Of a stretch of 64,000 nt of DNA, positions 35,945-46,256 are shown in pieces. Positions within the stretch are counted from its first letter, which is position 1. Each line of letters opens with the position of its first letter. The notes below the pieces were generated by a model that searched no databases, had not been told where the DNA came from, and saw only the letters and a list, made by a program, of their open reading frames with translations. The DNA comes from a virus. The position numbers and the translations under genes were made by a program. The stretch is taken from positions 26,616-90,615 of IMG/VR virus record IMGVR_UViG_3300025645_004731; one strand, written 5' to 3'.

Positions 35945-36969
35945 TGTGTTTCCTCTTCGAATGGAATACTTGCTAGATTTTTACATTTTGATTCGCACAT
36001 TATGTCCGCGATTTCACGAAAACTGCCTGCCCATTCATTTACTGCTTTATTCCACATATAGTCACTGTGTGCTCGTAGCTTGCCTTTTTTGTATCCATTT
36101 TCATAAAGATGTTTGAAGTCTGGAGCTGTGTTAGGGTCTTGATCTGGCAAATGCTCTTCTCTGCTCTGACTATAGTGTATAGCTGGTCGAACACCACGCC
36201 AACTGTCAATCACACGCTTAACACGGTCATCATCTGGCATAATATATTCGGCTTCGCGGCAAACATGGTGATGAATATCTAGCACAAGCGCCACGTCTTT
36301 AGCCAACTCGAGGCTGTCACTAATTCCCCACTTGTTTTCGTCGTTTTCAATAGTGATACAGTTTCGTGCTTCTGGTGACAATCGTTGAAGCGCTGCTTTG
36401 ATACCGGCTGGACCTTGTCGGCCCGAGATGTGGACGTTACACTTGAAGTCTTGCCACTTCTTACCGTAACCCATGTACCTGATGATATCCGTGTGATATT
36501 CAAACTCCTCAATGCTACTTTCTACGATGGATGGTGTATCACTTGCTAGGACGACAAACTGACCTGGGTGCATAGATAGCCGAACATCTAGTTGTCTTGC
36601 TTTCTCGCCAACCTTTGCTAGTTCTCGTTCACAGTAATCAACCACATGAGACTGGCGCCAAAAGTCACGCCAATCAGGGTGAGTATAGACTGGAAAAACT
36701 TCGCTGCCCAATCGGACCATGCGAAGTTGTGGTGCTAAGCTGCCAACATAACCAATCAGATTGCCAAGACTAGAGATATTATGTACCATAATATCCCACA
36801 GGCGTTCTTCGGCAACAGCACGATCCTGGCGATTAAGCCATTGTACCGTGGTAGATCGACCGTTGAATGGACGTTGGATTTCTTCTAGTAATTTTTTCTT
36901 GAGTGATTGGTCATTGTGCATATACTTACATGCGAAGCCCACTCGACGGATATCATTATCAAACATCAT
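35941..36969 (-). CDS. uvsE: UV-damage endonuclease
   Basis: RVGFAC, RLSMHPGQF.VLAS, NVH, IENDE, VLDIHHH, HYSQSR, RAHSD, MCE.K.K. Confidence 0.93.
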   Translation of the reverse strand: MMFDNDIRRVGFACKYMHNDQSLKKKLLEEIQRPFNGRSTTVQWLNRQDRAVAEERLWDIMVHNISSLGNLIGYVGSLAPQLRMVRLGSEVFPVYTHPDWRDFWRQSHVVDYCERELAKVGEKARQLDVRLSMHPGQFVVLASDTPSIVESSIEEFEYHTDIIRYMGYGKKWQDFKCNVHISGRQGPAGIKAALQRLSPEARNCITIENDENKWGISDSLELAKDVALVLDIHHHVCREAEYIMPDDDRVKRVIDSWRGVRPAIHYSQSREEHLPDQDPNTAPDFKHLYENGYKKGKLRAHSDYMWNKAVNEWAGSFREIADIMCESKCKNLASIPFEEETQ

Positions 36970-37211
36970 GTCATTTCTTCTACTTCGCAACCTTCTGCGA
37001 ACAACATCAACTCTGCTGCCAAGTTACGAGCCTGCTCTTTAGTCAACTGTAGGCTATCGAAGAAACGGGCAGATGTGGACAACGGTTTGTCGCTGTCACG
37101 CTTTTGTGTTATCTGTATACAGGACAAACGATCCTTGCCACCCCAGAAACGTGTCTGAGTCAATTGATTCTGTGCCTCACAGTTTGGAACATTACGCAGT
37201 TGAGTTGACAT
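36966..37211 (-). CDS. Hypothetical protein, first gene of a cassette
   Basis: TRFWGGKDR..CIQIT...QLT.EQA..LA. Confidence 0.7.
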   Translation of the reverse strand: MSTQLRNVPNCEAQNQLTQTRFWGGKDRLSCIQITQKRDSDKPLSTSARFFDSLQLTKEQARNLAAELMLFAEGCEVEEMT

Positions 37212-37271
37212 ATTGATTCGCTTTCTTTGTTGCTATACGTATAATATACACCAAGGCATCTTGGTTGTCAA
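37212..37271 (-). repeat. Cassette promoter-leader repeat copy
   Basis: TTGACA accaagatgccttggtg TATATT...AAAGCGAATCAAT ATG. Confidence 0.9.
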
Positions 37272-37571
37272 GTGTTAATTTACCTAAAACCCAGAGTTTT
37301 CGGGTTGGTCATCAAAACACGCGGTGATATCTGCTACTTCTATCATCTGCTTCATGTGTATTTCGGTGACCAAGCTGCCAACGGATACTGGGTCACTGAA
37401 ATGGGCAATAAAATCGTGGACCATGTCCGCCAGCACTCGCGGGCTTAAAGGCGATATCGGCGACAGACATTGCGCCGGCTGGCGAATTTTTATTGTCTCC
37501 TGGTCCGCATACTAAAACATTAATCATTGTTATTTCTTTCTATTAGTTTTTCTAGTTGGGTGAGCGATGTA

Positions 37572-37943
37572 TTAAGATAAGAAATCTGCTTTCAAGCGAT
37601 CAATCATTGCGACCGCTTCGCCACGAGCCTCGTCAACGGCTTCTTCTACCATATCTGCTAGGTAACCGCCGATGCCGTTGTTGATATCTTCTTCTGCTGA
37701 ACAATCAAGAGCATAGCACGAACCTAGGCTAGACAAGCCCATAAGGTTGTCGTCGTATGATACTCGGGTCACTACCATATAGTGAGTGTCGATGCCTGCT
37801 TCTAGGCGGCGTTCCATCTCGACAAAATCTTCTTCAGTTTCATCATGAAGATCACGAACTGATTCGTTTTCATACGCCCATGACACCTCTACGTCGAACT
37901 GGTCTACTTTGAAATTCTTTACTACTATGAATTGATTAAACAT
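37572..37943 (-). CDS. Acidic hypothetical protein (cassette gene)
   Basis: True start follows the repeat; MYSNREKRI in the ORF track is translated repeat. Confidence 0.7.
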   Translation of the reverse strand: MFNQFIVVKNFKVDQFDVEVSWAYENESVRDLHDETEEDFVEMERRLEAGIDTHYMVVTRVSYDDNLMGLSSLGSCYALDCSAEEDINNGIGGYLADMVEEAVDEARGEAVAMIDRLKADFLS

Positions 37944-38004
37944 GATGATTCTCTTTTCTCTGTTGCTATACATATAATATACACTAAGGCATATTGGTTG
38001 TCAA
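37944..38004 (-). repeat. Cassette promoter-leader repeat copy
   Basis: TTGACA accaatatgccttagtg TATATT atatgtatagcaacagagaaaagagaatcatc ATG. Confidence 0.9.
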
Positions 38005-38023
38005 GCATTAAATTAAAAAAGAG

Positions 38024-38578
38024 TTAAAATTTAGATTTATTTTTTGCGTAATGATCCAGTAGTTCTTTATCTTCTACTGCTCGTACACGGCGATAACTTT
38101 CTGGTAGATCGTCCCATGGTCTCATCGCAGGATGTGTATGTTCAGTCAAATCTAAATTTAATCCGTAACGCCATCCCTTGTTTTGTTGTTCTGTTATCCA
38201 GATATTATGGTGATGTCTTGCTAGATCCTGGTGGATTATTTCTCTAGCACCTTCGTCCATGCGAATGTCATATTCAAACGGATGACCAAAGTCGGCATCA
38301 GCACGATATACATTGCTTGCTTCAATAGAGAAATCATGCTCTGTTACTCGCATATATCCTTCGACAATACGTTCAGCCTCGTGTGATTCCAGATGTCTTG
38401 TTAATGGTAGGATATACAAATAATCTTCTTCTTGCATTCCCAACATTAACAAATCAGTATCATCATCTCCTGCGAGAATACCGCTGGGTGCTAGCATTTC
38501 AACTGTTTGGTACCATTTACGAGCCCCCAACGCATCTATCGGTTGCTCTACTCTCTGAAGGATATAAAAATCTTGCAC
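38024..38578 (-). CDS. RyR-domain protein
   Basis: LA..HHN.W......GWRYG......THP.MRPWDDLPE. Confidence 0.75.
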   Translation of the reverse strand: MQDFYILQRVEQPIDALGARKWYQTVEMLAPSGILAGDDDTDLLMLGMQEEDYLYILPLTRHLESHEAERIVEGYMRVTEHDFSIEASNVYRADADFGHPFEYDIRMDEGAREIIHQDLARHHHNIWITEQQNKGWRYGLNLDLTEHTHPAMRPWDDLPESYRRVRAVEDKELLDHYAKNKSKF

Positions 38579-38598
38579 TGTGTTTCCTCAATCTTATG

Positions 38599-38997
38599 TT
38601 ATTTATTTCTTCGGCTTGACCCTACATATAGACCGAACCAAGCTGCGCCTGCTCCAACAACTATACTTACTAGTCCGCTTTGTTCCATGTTTGGATCAGG
38701 CAATGTCATAAACCATATTACTACTTTATATAACAAAATAATATAAACAGTAATAAAGGCTCTTGGAAAAATTCTCCAGCTATCAATTGCTTTTGCCAAA
38801 TGTATCCATTTAACAAACGGGTTTGGTCCTAGATCCTTGGTAGTAGTATCGATTTCCAGGTCTAGTTTAACTTTTTTTGTAGTGCCATTTTCATTCATTG
38901 TGATTACTGTGCCAGCATCGTAATCATCGTTCTTAGCACTACTACTTTTTGCTACGGGCTCGTCATTCCATTCATCGTCGTCGTACTTATCTGCCAT
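38599..38997 (-). CDS. Two-TM membrane protein, holin candidate
   Basis: DSWRIFPR, two TM helices, basic C-terminus; late TAAATA upstream. Confidence 0.55.
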   Translation of the reverse strand: MADKYDDDEWNDEPVAKSSSAKNDDYDAGTVITMNENGTTKKVKLDLEIDTTTKDLGPNPFVKWIHLAKAIDSWRIFPRAFITVYIILLYKVVIWFMTLPDPNMEQSGLVSIVVGAGAAWFGLYVGSSRRNK

Positions 38998-39052
38998 TAG
39001 GTTACCTCCAAGCACTCTCACATGCTAACAGTATTTAGTTGGATTTAGGCAA

Positions 39053-39078
39053 CAAAAAAGGGTCCAATGGACCCTTTG
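39053..39078 (-). terminator. Rho-independent terminator
   Basis: AAAGGGTCC-ATT-GGACCC followed by a T run. Confidence 0.75.
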
Positions 39079-39100
39079 ATGCTTTAACTATGAGTTAAGT

Positions 39101-39418
39101 TTACTCTTCAAATGTTGCTGTAAGTTCTACAGTTGCGGCAGCAAAGTAATCACCAGTTACAACTGATGGAGCGCCTGTGCCTTGAAGTGCTACGAGAACA
39201 GATGTAGAAACGTCTGCTTCAAACGCAGCAATACCTGCTACTGTGAATGCGTCAGGTGTTGTGTCGCCAGTTACCAAAGATGCACCAGAAGTTACACCGG
39301 CAAGAAAGCCGTCTAGTTGTGCCTGTGTGATTGCTCCGCCGCCAACTGCGAAAGTTACGACCATTGTTTTTCCGCCAAGGCCATTGCCTGCACGATTTGT
39401 TGCTGTTGTAGTTACCAT
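39101..39418 (-). CDS. Small Ala/Thr/Val-rich structural protein
   Basis: Late promoter, AGGAG RBS, own terminator. Confidence 0.6.
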   Translation of the reverse strand: MVTTTATNRAGNGLGGKTMVVTFAVGGGAITQAQLDGFLAGVTSGASLVTGDTTPDAFTVAGIAAFEADVSTSVLVALQGTGAPSVVTGDYFAAATVELTATFEE

Positions 39419-39474
39419 TTTATTTTCTCCTAATAATGGGTTTGCGTTATGCACGCATATACTTATTTATCAAA

Positions 39475-41496
39475 TTAATGTGTGATGACTACGGTTTTGA
39501 CAAAGCCTGTCCAGCGAATTGTATCATTATTACCAGTCACCGTAACGGCAATAGCATCATTGATATCATCTGCTGTAACGGATACTACCCATGTAGCGTC
39601 TGTTTGTGCCACTACTGTTTCGTTGACTGTGTTGATTACTACCGTGGTTGCGTTGGTCTTGTCAATAACACCCTGTAATCTAAAGGCACAATGATCTGTG
39701 CCAGTACTTTCTCTACCAACAATATCTGCTTCAAACATCATTGTGGTATCGTCGGTCAATGTAATGCGTGTACTAGCACCATCGGAGAATAGTTCCGTCG
39801 GAGTATTATCTGTTGTTGTGTTATACAATACATGAAGTTTATAAGATGCGAAGGTACTCGCGCCATTTTCCACTGTGAGCGTACCTTGGCTGAATACACT
39901 ATCTTCGGATGACCCTGATCCACCGTTAGAGCCGCCATCAAAATAAATCGCCTGAGTACCGCTTAACTTAAAGAATACTGGAATCCTGCGTTCGCTCAGT
40001 GTCGGTAGTGTGTCTGTTACTTTGCCAGGATTGTTATTGTCGAAATAATAATATGGTCCTGTTCCTGCGATTACTGTGTCAATCAACTCACCGGCTGGAT
40101 TAATTTTAAAGGTATCAGGTGCGATAATCTCGGCTACTGTACCAAGAATTAGCTCATCGGTCGTTTCGAATAATTTATATTTTCCAGTAACAATATCATA
40201 TGTGATCAAGTCACCGAGTTGAGGAGTTAATAAGTCAGGCACCCCCTGTACGATTGTCACTAGTTCAGGTGCGGAATCAACAGTAATGGTATCTGCTGTA
40301 CTGGTAAGTGTTACGCCTCTACCAGCAACTATTGATTTGAATTCTAAGTCATAGTCAGTTTTCTGCGCAAATACAGCTTCACCTGCGCCCAAGTTACTAG
40401 CTGTGTTAATTTCTGCTGTATTGAGAAATTTAATCTCATTATTGTCAGTTGTTACAGTAAGATTGATATTGCCTGTTGCTGTAGTCAAGCTGCGGAATTC
40501 TAAGTCATAGTCAGTTTTTTGAACAAATACAGCTTCGCCCGCACCTAAGTTACTAGCTGTGTTAATTTCTGCTGTATTAACGAATTCAATCTCGTTGTTG
40601 TCAGTTGTTACAGTAAGATTGATATTATTTGTGCCAGTAGTCAAGCTGCGGAATTCTAAGTCATAGTCAGTTTTCTGCGCAAATACAGCTTCGCCAGTAC
40701 CTACATTACTAGCTGTGTTAATTTCTGCTGTATTAACGAATTCAATCTCGTTGTTGTCAGTTGTTACAGTAAGATTGATATTATTTGTGCCAGTAGTTAA
40801 ACTGCGAAATTCTAAGTCATAGTCAGTTTTTTGAACAAATACAGCTTCGCCTGCGCCTACATTACTAGCTGTGTTAATTTCTGCTGTATTGACGAATTTA
40901 ATCTCATTATTGTCAGTTGCTACGGTGAGATTGATATTATTTGTACCAGTAGTTAAACTGCGGAATTCTAAGTCATAGTCAGTTTTTTGAACAAATACAG
41001 CTTCGCCTGCGCCTACATTACTAGCTGTGTTGATTTCTGCTGTATTAACGAATTCAATTTTGTCACCGTTTTGCGATACAGTGAGATTGATATTATTTGT
41101 GCCAGTAAATAGAGTGCGGAATTGAAATTCATCAACTACCTTGCCCGAAAACACTTCCACGCCGCCAGCTAAATTGGAAGCAGTCATTGACTGATCTGCT
41201 GCGGTGATTGTTAATTCTGTACCTGTACTAGTTAATGTGACATAATCGCCAGCAACTATTGATTTGAATTCTAAAACATTCGCAGGATTTTCACGAATAA
41301 AAATATTCTCGCCGGTGCCTAAACTAATACCGCCTAATACAAAGTCGGCGTTCGCAAGAGAGAGTTGTTGATTTTCAAACTTACCAGTTGTTGCGTTGTA
41401 CTGTAAAACTTGATCTTGGGTCAGCGTTGTGTGATCTACATCTACCAGTGGTATTGTAAGATTTCTTAGTGTTGAACTTTGGGCATATATCGGCAT
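39475..41496 (-). CDS. Fibre/virion protein with 51-aa tandem repeats
   Basis: QVLQYNATTGKFEN fibre-type motif; repeated INTASNxGAGEAVFxQKTDYDLEFRSL. Confidence 0.75.
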   Translation of the reverse strand: MPIYAQSSTLRNLTIPLVDVDHTTLTQDQVLQYNATTGKFENQQLSLANADFVLGGISLGTGENIFIRENPANVLEFKSIVAGDYVTLTSTGTELTITAADQSMTASNLAGGVEVFSGKVVDEFQFRTLFTGTNNINLTVSQNGDKIEFVNTAEINTASNVGAGEAVFVQKTDYDLEFRSLTTGTNNINLTVATDNNEIKFVNTAEINTASNVGAGEAVFVQKTDYDLEFRSLTTGTNNINLTVTTDNNEIEFVNTAEINTASNVGTGEAVFAQKTDYDLEFRSLTTGTNNINLTVTTDNNEIEFVNTAEINTASNLGAGEAVFVQKTDYDLEFRSLTTATGNINLTVTTDNNEIKFLNTAEINTASNLGAGEAVFAQKTDYDLEFKSIVAGRGVTLTSTADTITVDSAPELVTIVQGVPDLLTPQLGDLITYDIVTGKYKLFETTDELILGTVAEIIAPDTFKINPAGELIDTVIAGTGPYYYFDNNNPGKVTDTLPTLSERRIPVFFKLSGTQAIYFDGGSNGGSGSSEDSVFSQGTLTVENGASTFASYKLHVLYNTTTDNTPTELFSDGASTRITLTDDTTMMFEADIVGRESTGTDHCAFRLQGVIDKTNATTVVINTVNETVVAQTDATWVVSVTADDINDAIAVTVTGNNDTIRWTGFVKTVVITH
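40335..41125 (-). repeat. About five near-identical 153-bp coding tandem repeats
   Basis: NTAEINTASN...QKTDYDLEF unit repeated five times at DNA level, plus two degenerate upstream units. Confidence 0.95.
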
Positions 41497-41531
41497 GAAT
41501 TTTCCTATAAACTGTTGGTATTATGCAGTAT

Positions 41532-41945
41532 TTATAGGTTTAAGAGAATCTTGTTGATCTTGCCATGTAGCGATATATCATATTCCGCAGGAATTGGAAC
41601 AATCGCACTACGGTCCACTCGGGCCCGCAACCACAAGATATTAGCACGGAATGTCCATGCCTCTACTGTAGTGTCGCCTAGTCCGTTTGTGCCGCTTGGG
41701 GCTAAATCAACAGGATACTGTCTAAAACTATTACCGCTGGTTAGATAGATCGGGAACCAATCGCCTTCTGTTGGCTCAGTAGCAAGGCTGGCTTCAAGAT
41801 GAAGACGCCCAACAAAATTTGTTAAACTTGCGCTTACCGTATGTAGACCATCAGTCTGGCCGTAATACCCATCTGCTTTAACTTTTTCACCTGAATAACT
41901 AAGTTCTTCGATGTGAGTTAATATTGTTACACTTGTTGCGCTCAT
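41532..41945 (-). CDS. Conserved structural protein
   Basis: KADGYYG..DGLHTV...F.G...EASLA..P...DWF...LWLRA. Confidence 0.65.
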   Translation of the reverse strand: MSATSVTILTHIEELSYSGEKVKADGYYGQTDGLHTVSASLTNFVGRLHLEASLATEPTEGDWFPIYLTSGNSFRQYPVDLAPSGTNGLGDTTVEAWTFRANILWLRARVDRSAIVPIPAEYDISLHGKINKILLNL

Positions 41946-42106
41946 TCTACTATAATTTCTACCAATTTGCCCGCTCCAACTAACTCTTGGATGACTTGTT
42001 CAATACTATTTATTGTTTCCGCATCAAGAATTTGCGCTGCTTCGGAATCATCCTTTAATAGTTCACTTACTTTTACGACGATCATGCTCTCATTTAATTT
42101 TGCCAT
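41942..42106 (-). CDS. Small conserved protein (54 aa, not in ORF track)
   Basis: MAKLNESMIVVKVSELLKD...EQVIQELVGAGKLVEI; AGGAG RBS, TAAATA upstream. Confidence 0.65.
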   Translation of the reverse strand: MAKLNESMIVVKVSELLKDDSEAAQILDAETINSIEQVIQELVGAGKLVEIIVE

Positions 42107-42137
42107 TGCTATTTGCTCCTAAATATAGTAGTATTTA

Positions 42138-42809
42138 TTACAATTCTTCAATTAATATTATTTTTGTGGAAGAGTCAATGTGTTCTTTGTACATTAGATG
42201 TAACATACATACATCATCGTAATTCTTTAAGTATACCGTTCCAGTAGCTCTCCATGGCAATACTGGCCAATGCCGCATTGAGGACAAACTTCGTCCAACA
42301 TTCGCAGAATCTATTTCGTTTAATCGTCTGTAACTGCGTAAGGCACTATTACATCGGTATATGTTAGCATCAAACGAATCTAAAATAAAATCATGAACCT
42401 CGCCAAATACTTCCATATCACGACGATATTTCATCATGCTAATTTTATATCTAAATTCACCGTAATATAATCTGTCACGCAATATGGTGGTTTCATCATT
42501 TACCAGCAGTGACGCATGAGATGGAGTCGCTGGTCCCATAATTTCAATAACAGCACCGCCAAACGAGTTCAATAAATCGGACACTGCCTCGGGTGTTTGG
42601 AGATATATACAGAAATTATGTCCGCCCCACCGAGATTTATACGGATGCTGGTTCTGTATCAATAGTGCTGCATATTTGTTAATATGAAGTCTCTCGAATA
42701 AGTTATCTCCGTCAAACTTAATTCGATAGGTGTAGTTTCGGTACCATGCCCGTGATGTGACATGGTACCGTGAGTCTGATTTAAGTTGTGTGAATAACAA
42801 TTTTGTCAT
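42138..42809 (-). CDS. Hypothetical protein
   Basis: ORF overlapping the clpA end. Confidence 0.6.
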   Translation of the reverse strand: MTKLLFTQLKSDSRYHVTSRAWYRNYTYRIKFDGDNLFERLHINKYAALLIQNQHPYKSRWGGHNFCIYLQTPEAVSDLLNSFGGAVIEIMGPATPSHASLLVNDETTILRDRLYYGEFRYKISMMKYRRDMEVFGEVHDFILDSFDANIYRCNSALRSYRRLNEIDSANVGRSLSSMRHWPVLPWRATGTVYLKNYDDVCMLHLMYKEHIDSSTKIILIEEL

Positions 42810-45015
42810 CCACTATCTCAATCTTTACACTAGTTACATTATCGCCAAACAACAGTGTTTTTGCGAGTGGCTTCTTGATTTGTTCGTTAATCAATCTTGC
42901 CATTGGTCTAGCTCCCATTGTTTCCGTAAAGCCATTATCGGTGAGCCATGTCAATACTTTAGCACTATACGCCAGTTTGATACTGCGAGGCTTTAGCATA
43001 TCCGACAAATCACCCATAAACTTCTTGGTAACCCGCTTCATAAGTGTTTTATCCAACTTGTCGAATTTCACCGTAGCATCCAACCGATTGCGGAATTCAG
43101 GGCTAAAGTAACGCTTTACCGCATCATCGCTTGCGCTTGTGTTTGTATTATCACCAAAGCCAATCATATTCTTCTCGGCATCACGGGCGCCAAGATTACT
43201 GGTTAGGATAAGAATAGCATTACGAGCACTAACACTTTTACCTTCACTGTTGGCAATCATTCCATTATCCATTAATGCGAGTAATACATTACTGATATCT
43301 GGGTGAGCTTTTTCGATTTCATCAAACAATAGAATACAGTTGGGATGTTCTTCCAGTTTATTAACCAATAGACCAGATCCTTGACCACCACTGCCGTATC
43401 CAACATAGCCAGGAGGAGCACCGATTAGTTTAGCAACACTATGGCTCTCTTGGTATTCACTCATATCAAAGCGAACAAGTTCCATACTCATTGCTTCACT
43501 AAGTTGCTTAGCAGTTTCAGTTTTACCAACACCAGTAGGTCCAGTAAACAGGTAACAACCAACAGGCTTTTGTGGATCTTTAAGTCCTGCTTTGGCGATA
43601 TAAATGCTGTCGGCAAGTCTAGTAATGGCATCATCTTGGCCAAATACTTTCTTCTTAACAACTGCCTCGATATCAACAGGCTTTTCTTTTTTGTATTCGC
43701 TGTCCTTGGTCAGTACAAGTTGATCAACTGGAATACGGGTCATTTTTGCGACTTCGTATCGTACTTCATCCAGACTAATAATGCTTTTACGATCCTCTTG
43801 TGGTAGTAACTGTTGACGAGCAGCGGCGGCATCTAATACATCAAATGCTTTGTCTGGCAACTGTCTGTTATGCCAATATTGGTGAGTAAGGTCAACAGCA
43901 CCGTCCATGGCTTGTTTCTCGAATACTAGTTCGTGAAACAATTCATATGCGGGAATAGTTGCTCGGACAATGCGCTTGGCATCTTCTACACTTGGCTCAG
44001 CGATGTCCACTTTATGGAAGCGACGATTAAGAGCCTTATCTTTTTCAAACTTTTCTCTGTATTCTTCATATGTTGTTGAACCGATACAGCGCAGATTGCC
44101 CTTTTGTAACGCAGGCTTTAGTAGATTAGCAATATCCATGCCGCCACTTCCAGCACTACCGGCTCCCATGATCATATGAATTTCATCAATAAACAAGATA
44201 GCATCGCCGCGTGTTTCAAGAGCATCCAATACTTCTTTAAGACGCTCTTCGAAGTCACCTCTGAATTTGGTACCAGCAAGCAGTGCGCCGATGTCTAGGC
44301 TATAGATTGTGTTATGTGCGATAACTTCAGGAACACGATCTTCATTGATAAGACAGGCAAGACCTTCGGCGATTGCTGTTTTACCAACTCCACTTTCGCC
44401 AACCAGAATAACATTGTTTTTCTTACGGCGGGCAATAGTCTGTACAAGTGCTTCCAGTTCTGGCTCACGACCGATGATTGGATCAATTTTGCCATGAAAA
44501 GCAAGCTCATTCAGATTGTCACAATATTTGTTCAGAATCCTGTCTTGTTTGTTTGGCTTGTGGTCAACACTGGTACCAGGAGTATCGAAATCATCCATCG
44601 ACTGTGATAGATTAACTGCTTGGTCACGGGTAATACCATCAAGAAAATGTAGCGCAGGAGTATTTTCCTCTGATAGAATACTAAGGAAGATGTCAAGTGG
44701 TGTCAAATCGTGTCTACCGCTAAACATTGCCTGAGTGAGTGCTCGTTGGAATACTCGTTCTAGCATTGCTGTTTTCTTTGGCTGAATGTTATTTGAATCA
44801 CCATCCATTTTGTCAATTTCTTTTTCTAAAAAGAGTTCGACGTTTTCTAAAATAACTCTTGGATCTTTTTCTAAGTCAATCAGCAAGTCTTCGATTTCTT
44901 CGTCACGGATCAACACAAGCAATAGATGCTCAAGTGTTACGTATTCGTGTTTATATCCGCGTGTCAGTTCGAAAAGCTCTTCTACTAATTGGTTAATTCT
45001 GGCGTTTTTGGACAT
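42781..45015 (-). CDS. clpA: ATP-dependent Clp protease ATPase subunit
   Basis: HEYVTLEHLL N-domain; GESGVGKT/FIDEIH; GPTGVGKT, RFDMSEYQE.HSV, GAPPGYVG, PEFRNRLD, GARP; no ClpB M-domain. Confidence 0.93.
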   Translation of the reverse strand: MSKNARINQLVEELFELTRGYKHEYVTLEHLLLVLIRDEEIEDLLIDLEKDPRVILENVELFLEKEIDKMDGDSNNIQPKKTAMLERVFQRALTQAMFSGRHDLTPLDIFLSILSEENTPALHFLDGITRDQAVNLSQSMDDFDTPGTSVDHKPNKQDRILNKYCDNLNELAFHGKIDPIIGREPELEALVQTIARRKKNNVILVGESGVGKTAIAEGLACLINEDRVPEVIAHNTIYSLDIGALLAGTKFRGDFEERLKEVLDALETRGDAILFIDEIHMIMGAGSAGSGGMDIANLLKPALQKGNLRCIGSTTYEEYREKFEKDKALNRRFHKVDIAEPSVEDAKRIVRATIPAYELFHELVFEKQAMDGAVDLTHQYWHNRQLPDKAFDVLDAAAARQQLLPQEDRKSIISLDEVRYEVAKMTRIPVDQLVLTKDSEYKKEKPVDIEAVVKKKVFGQDDAITRLADSIYIAKAGLKDPQKPVGCYLFTGPTGVGKTETAKQLSEAMSMELVRFDMSEYQESHSVAKLIGAPPGYVGYGSGGQGSGLLVNKLEEHPNCILLFDEIEKAHPDISNVLLALMDNGMIANSEGKSVSARNAILILTSNLGARDAEKNMIGFGDNTNTSASDDAVKRYFSPEFRNRLDATVKFDKLDKTLMKRVTKKFMGDLSDMLKPRSIKLAYSAKVLTWLTDNGFTETMGARPMARLINEQIKKPLAKTLLFGDNVTSVKIEIVDDKIVIHTT

Positions 45016-45053
45016 TATAATTCTCTTTGCTTATTTAAGTAAGTTGTTCTTAT

Positions 45054-45082
45054 ACTATACTGTATAATTTCATGTTTGTCAA
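45054..45082 (-). promoter_or_regulatory. Sigma70-like promoter of clpA
   Basis: TTGACA-N17-TATAGT. Confidence 0.6.
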
Positions 45083-45084
45083 TA

Positions 45085-45864
45085 CTAAATTAAATCTTTT
45101 AGTGGCTTGTCTAAGTCTTCTGTGGTTAACGCTGGAATAGTTACATGTATTTCCACATATAGATTTCCTTTAGTATTAGATTGATGCGCTAGTCCACTAT
45201 CTGGTATTCGTAATCTTGTACCACTTTGTGTGCCAGGTTTAATATGTAGTTTTAGGGTTCTGTTATCAAGTGTGTGTATGGTTCGCTCTGTGCCTACCAT
45301 TGCTTCTAGTATACTAATACTTAACACTTTTGTCAAGTCATATTCTGAAACTTTGTATTCAGGATGTGCATTAATCTTAAATGTAACGAATAAGTTACCT
45401 GCTTGTCCAGGTCTGGTATTGTCGCCAAAGCCCGCGAATCTAACTTTGGCATCGTGTGTTGCTCCTTTCGGAATAGTTATTTCTACTTGGCGAGTATTGC
45501 CGTTACCTAGATTAATACTGATTGTTTTTGATGAACGATGATACACATCTTCTAGATCGGCATATACTGTAACACTCACATCTCTGTTGCGTGGTGTTCT
45601 GCCAAACTGATGAGAGAACATATCTTCAAATTTGAATCCAGCATGATGTGCTTGTCGATGTGCTTGATGAGTTTGTGCTTGCTGAAATTCTGATCTGGCA
45701 TCTGCGCTTTTGATAGTGTCATACGCAGCATTGATCTGGGCAAACCTCTCGCCGTCGCCGCCGGTGTCAGGATGATGTTCCTTTACCAACTTACGATAAG
45801 CAGATTTTATCTCCGCCTCACTTGCGCCAGGAGTTACTCCGAGCATACTGTATGGATCTGTCAT
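45085..45864 (-). CDS. DnaJ/CbpA-type co-chaperone (no Zn finger)
   Basis: J-domain HHPD; C-terminal PGTQSG...GNLYV. Confidence 0.92.
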   Translation of the reverse strand: MTDPYSMLGVTPGASEAEIKSAYRKLVKEHHPDTGGDGERFAQINAAYDTIKSADARSEFQQAQTHQAHRQAHHAGFKFEDMFSHQFGRTPRNRDVSVTVYADLEDVYHRSSKTISINLGNGNTRQVEITIPKGATHDAKVRFAGFGDNTRPGQAGNLFVTFKINAHPEYKVSEYDLTKVLSISILEAMVGTERTIHTLDNRTLKLHIKPGTQSGTRLRIPDSGLAHQSNTKGNLYVEIHVTIPALTTEDLDKPLKDLI

Positions 45865-46256
45865 TAATTCACTGTTTGATTGTATTCGTCTAGTGTATCT
45901 TCCGCATCCTTATAGTAGCGGTCGTATGCTGCCATGATTGCTTGCTGTTGCTGAATGTATGCCCTAAGATCACTTAGATTGAGACTGATATTTTCATATC
46001 CTTCGTCCGTTAGCGCAAATAATACAACAGGTCGGCCCGACTTTTCAATATCGGCTAACACTTGTTCTACATTGTCAGCGGTTACAACAACCCAATCAAC
46101 ATCACGCAAGTTGAGTTCTTGTGCCATAGGCAATACAAGTTCTGGCTTATCAATAGGACTAGCACTAACTTCTAATAATTTTGGTTGATTAAGGCTGCAA
46201 CCCATTAGAAATAACGAGGTCATTGTAAAGGTAAGGACATTCACTGTTGAACGCAT
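45864..46256 (-). CDS. Outer-membrane lipoprotein, o-spanin candidate
   Basis: Lipobox LFLMGC; overlaps the end of the i-spanin gene. Confidence 0.65.
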   Translation of the reverse strand: MRSTVNVLTFTMTSLFLMGCSLNQPKLLEVSASPIDKPELVLPMAQELNLRDVDWVVVTADNVEQVLADIEKSGRPVVLFALTDEGYENISLNLSDLRAYIQQQQAIMAAYDRYYKDAEDTLDEYNQTVN

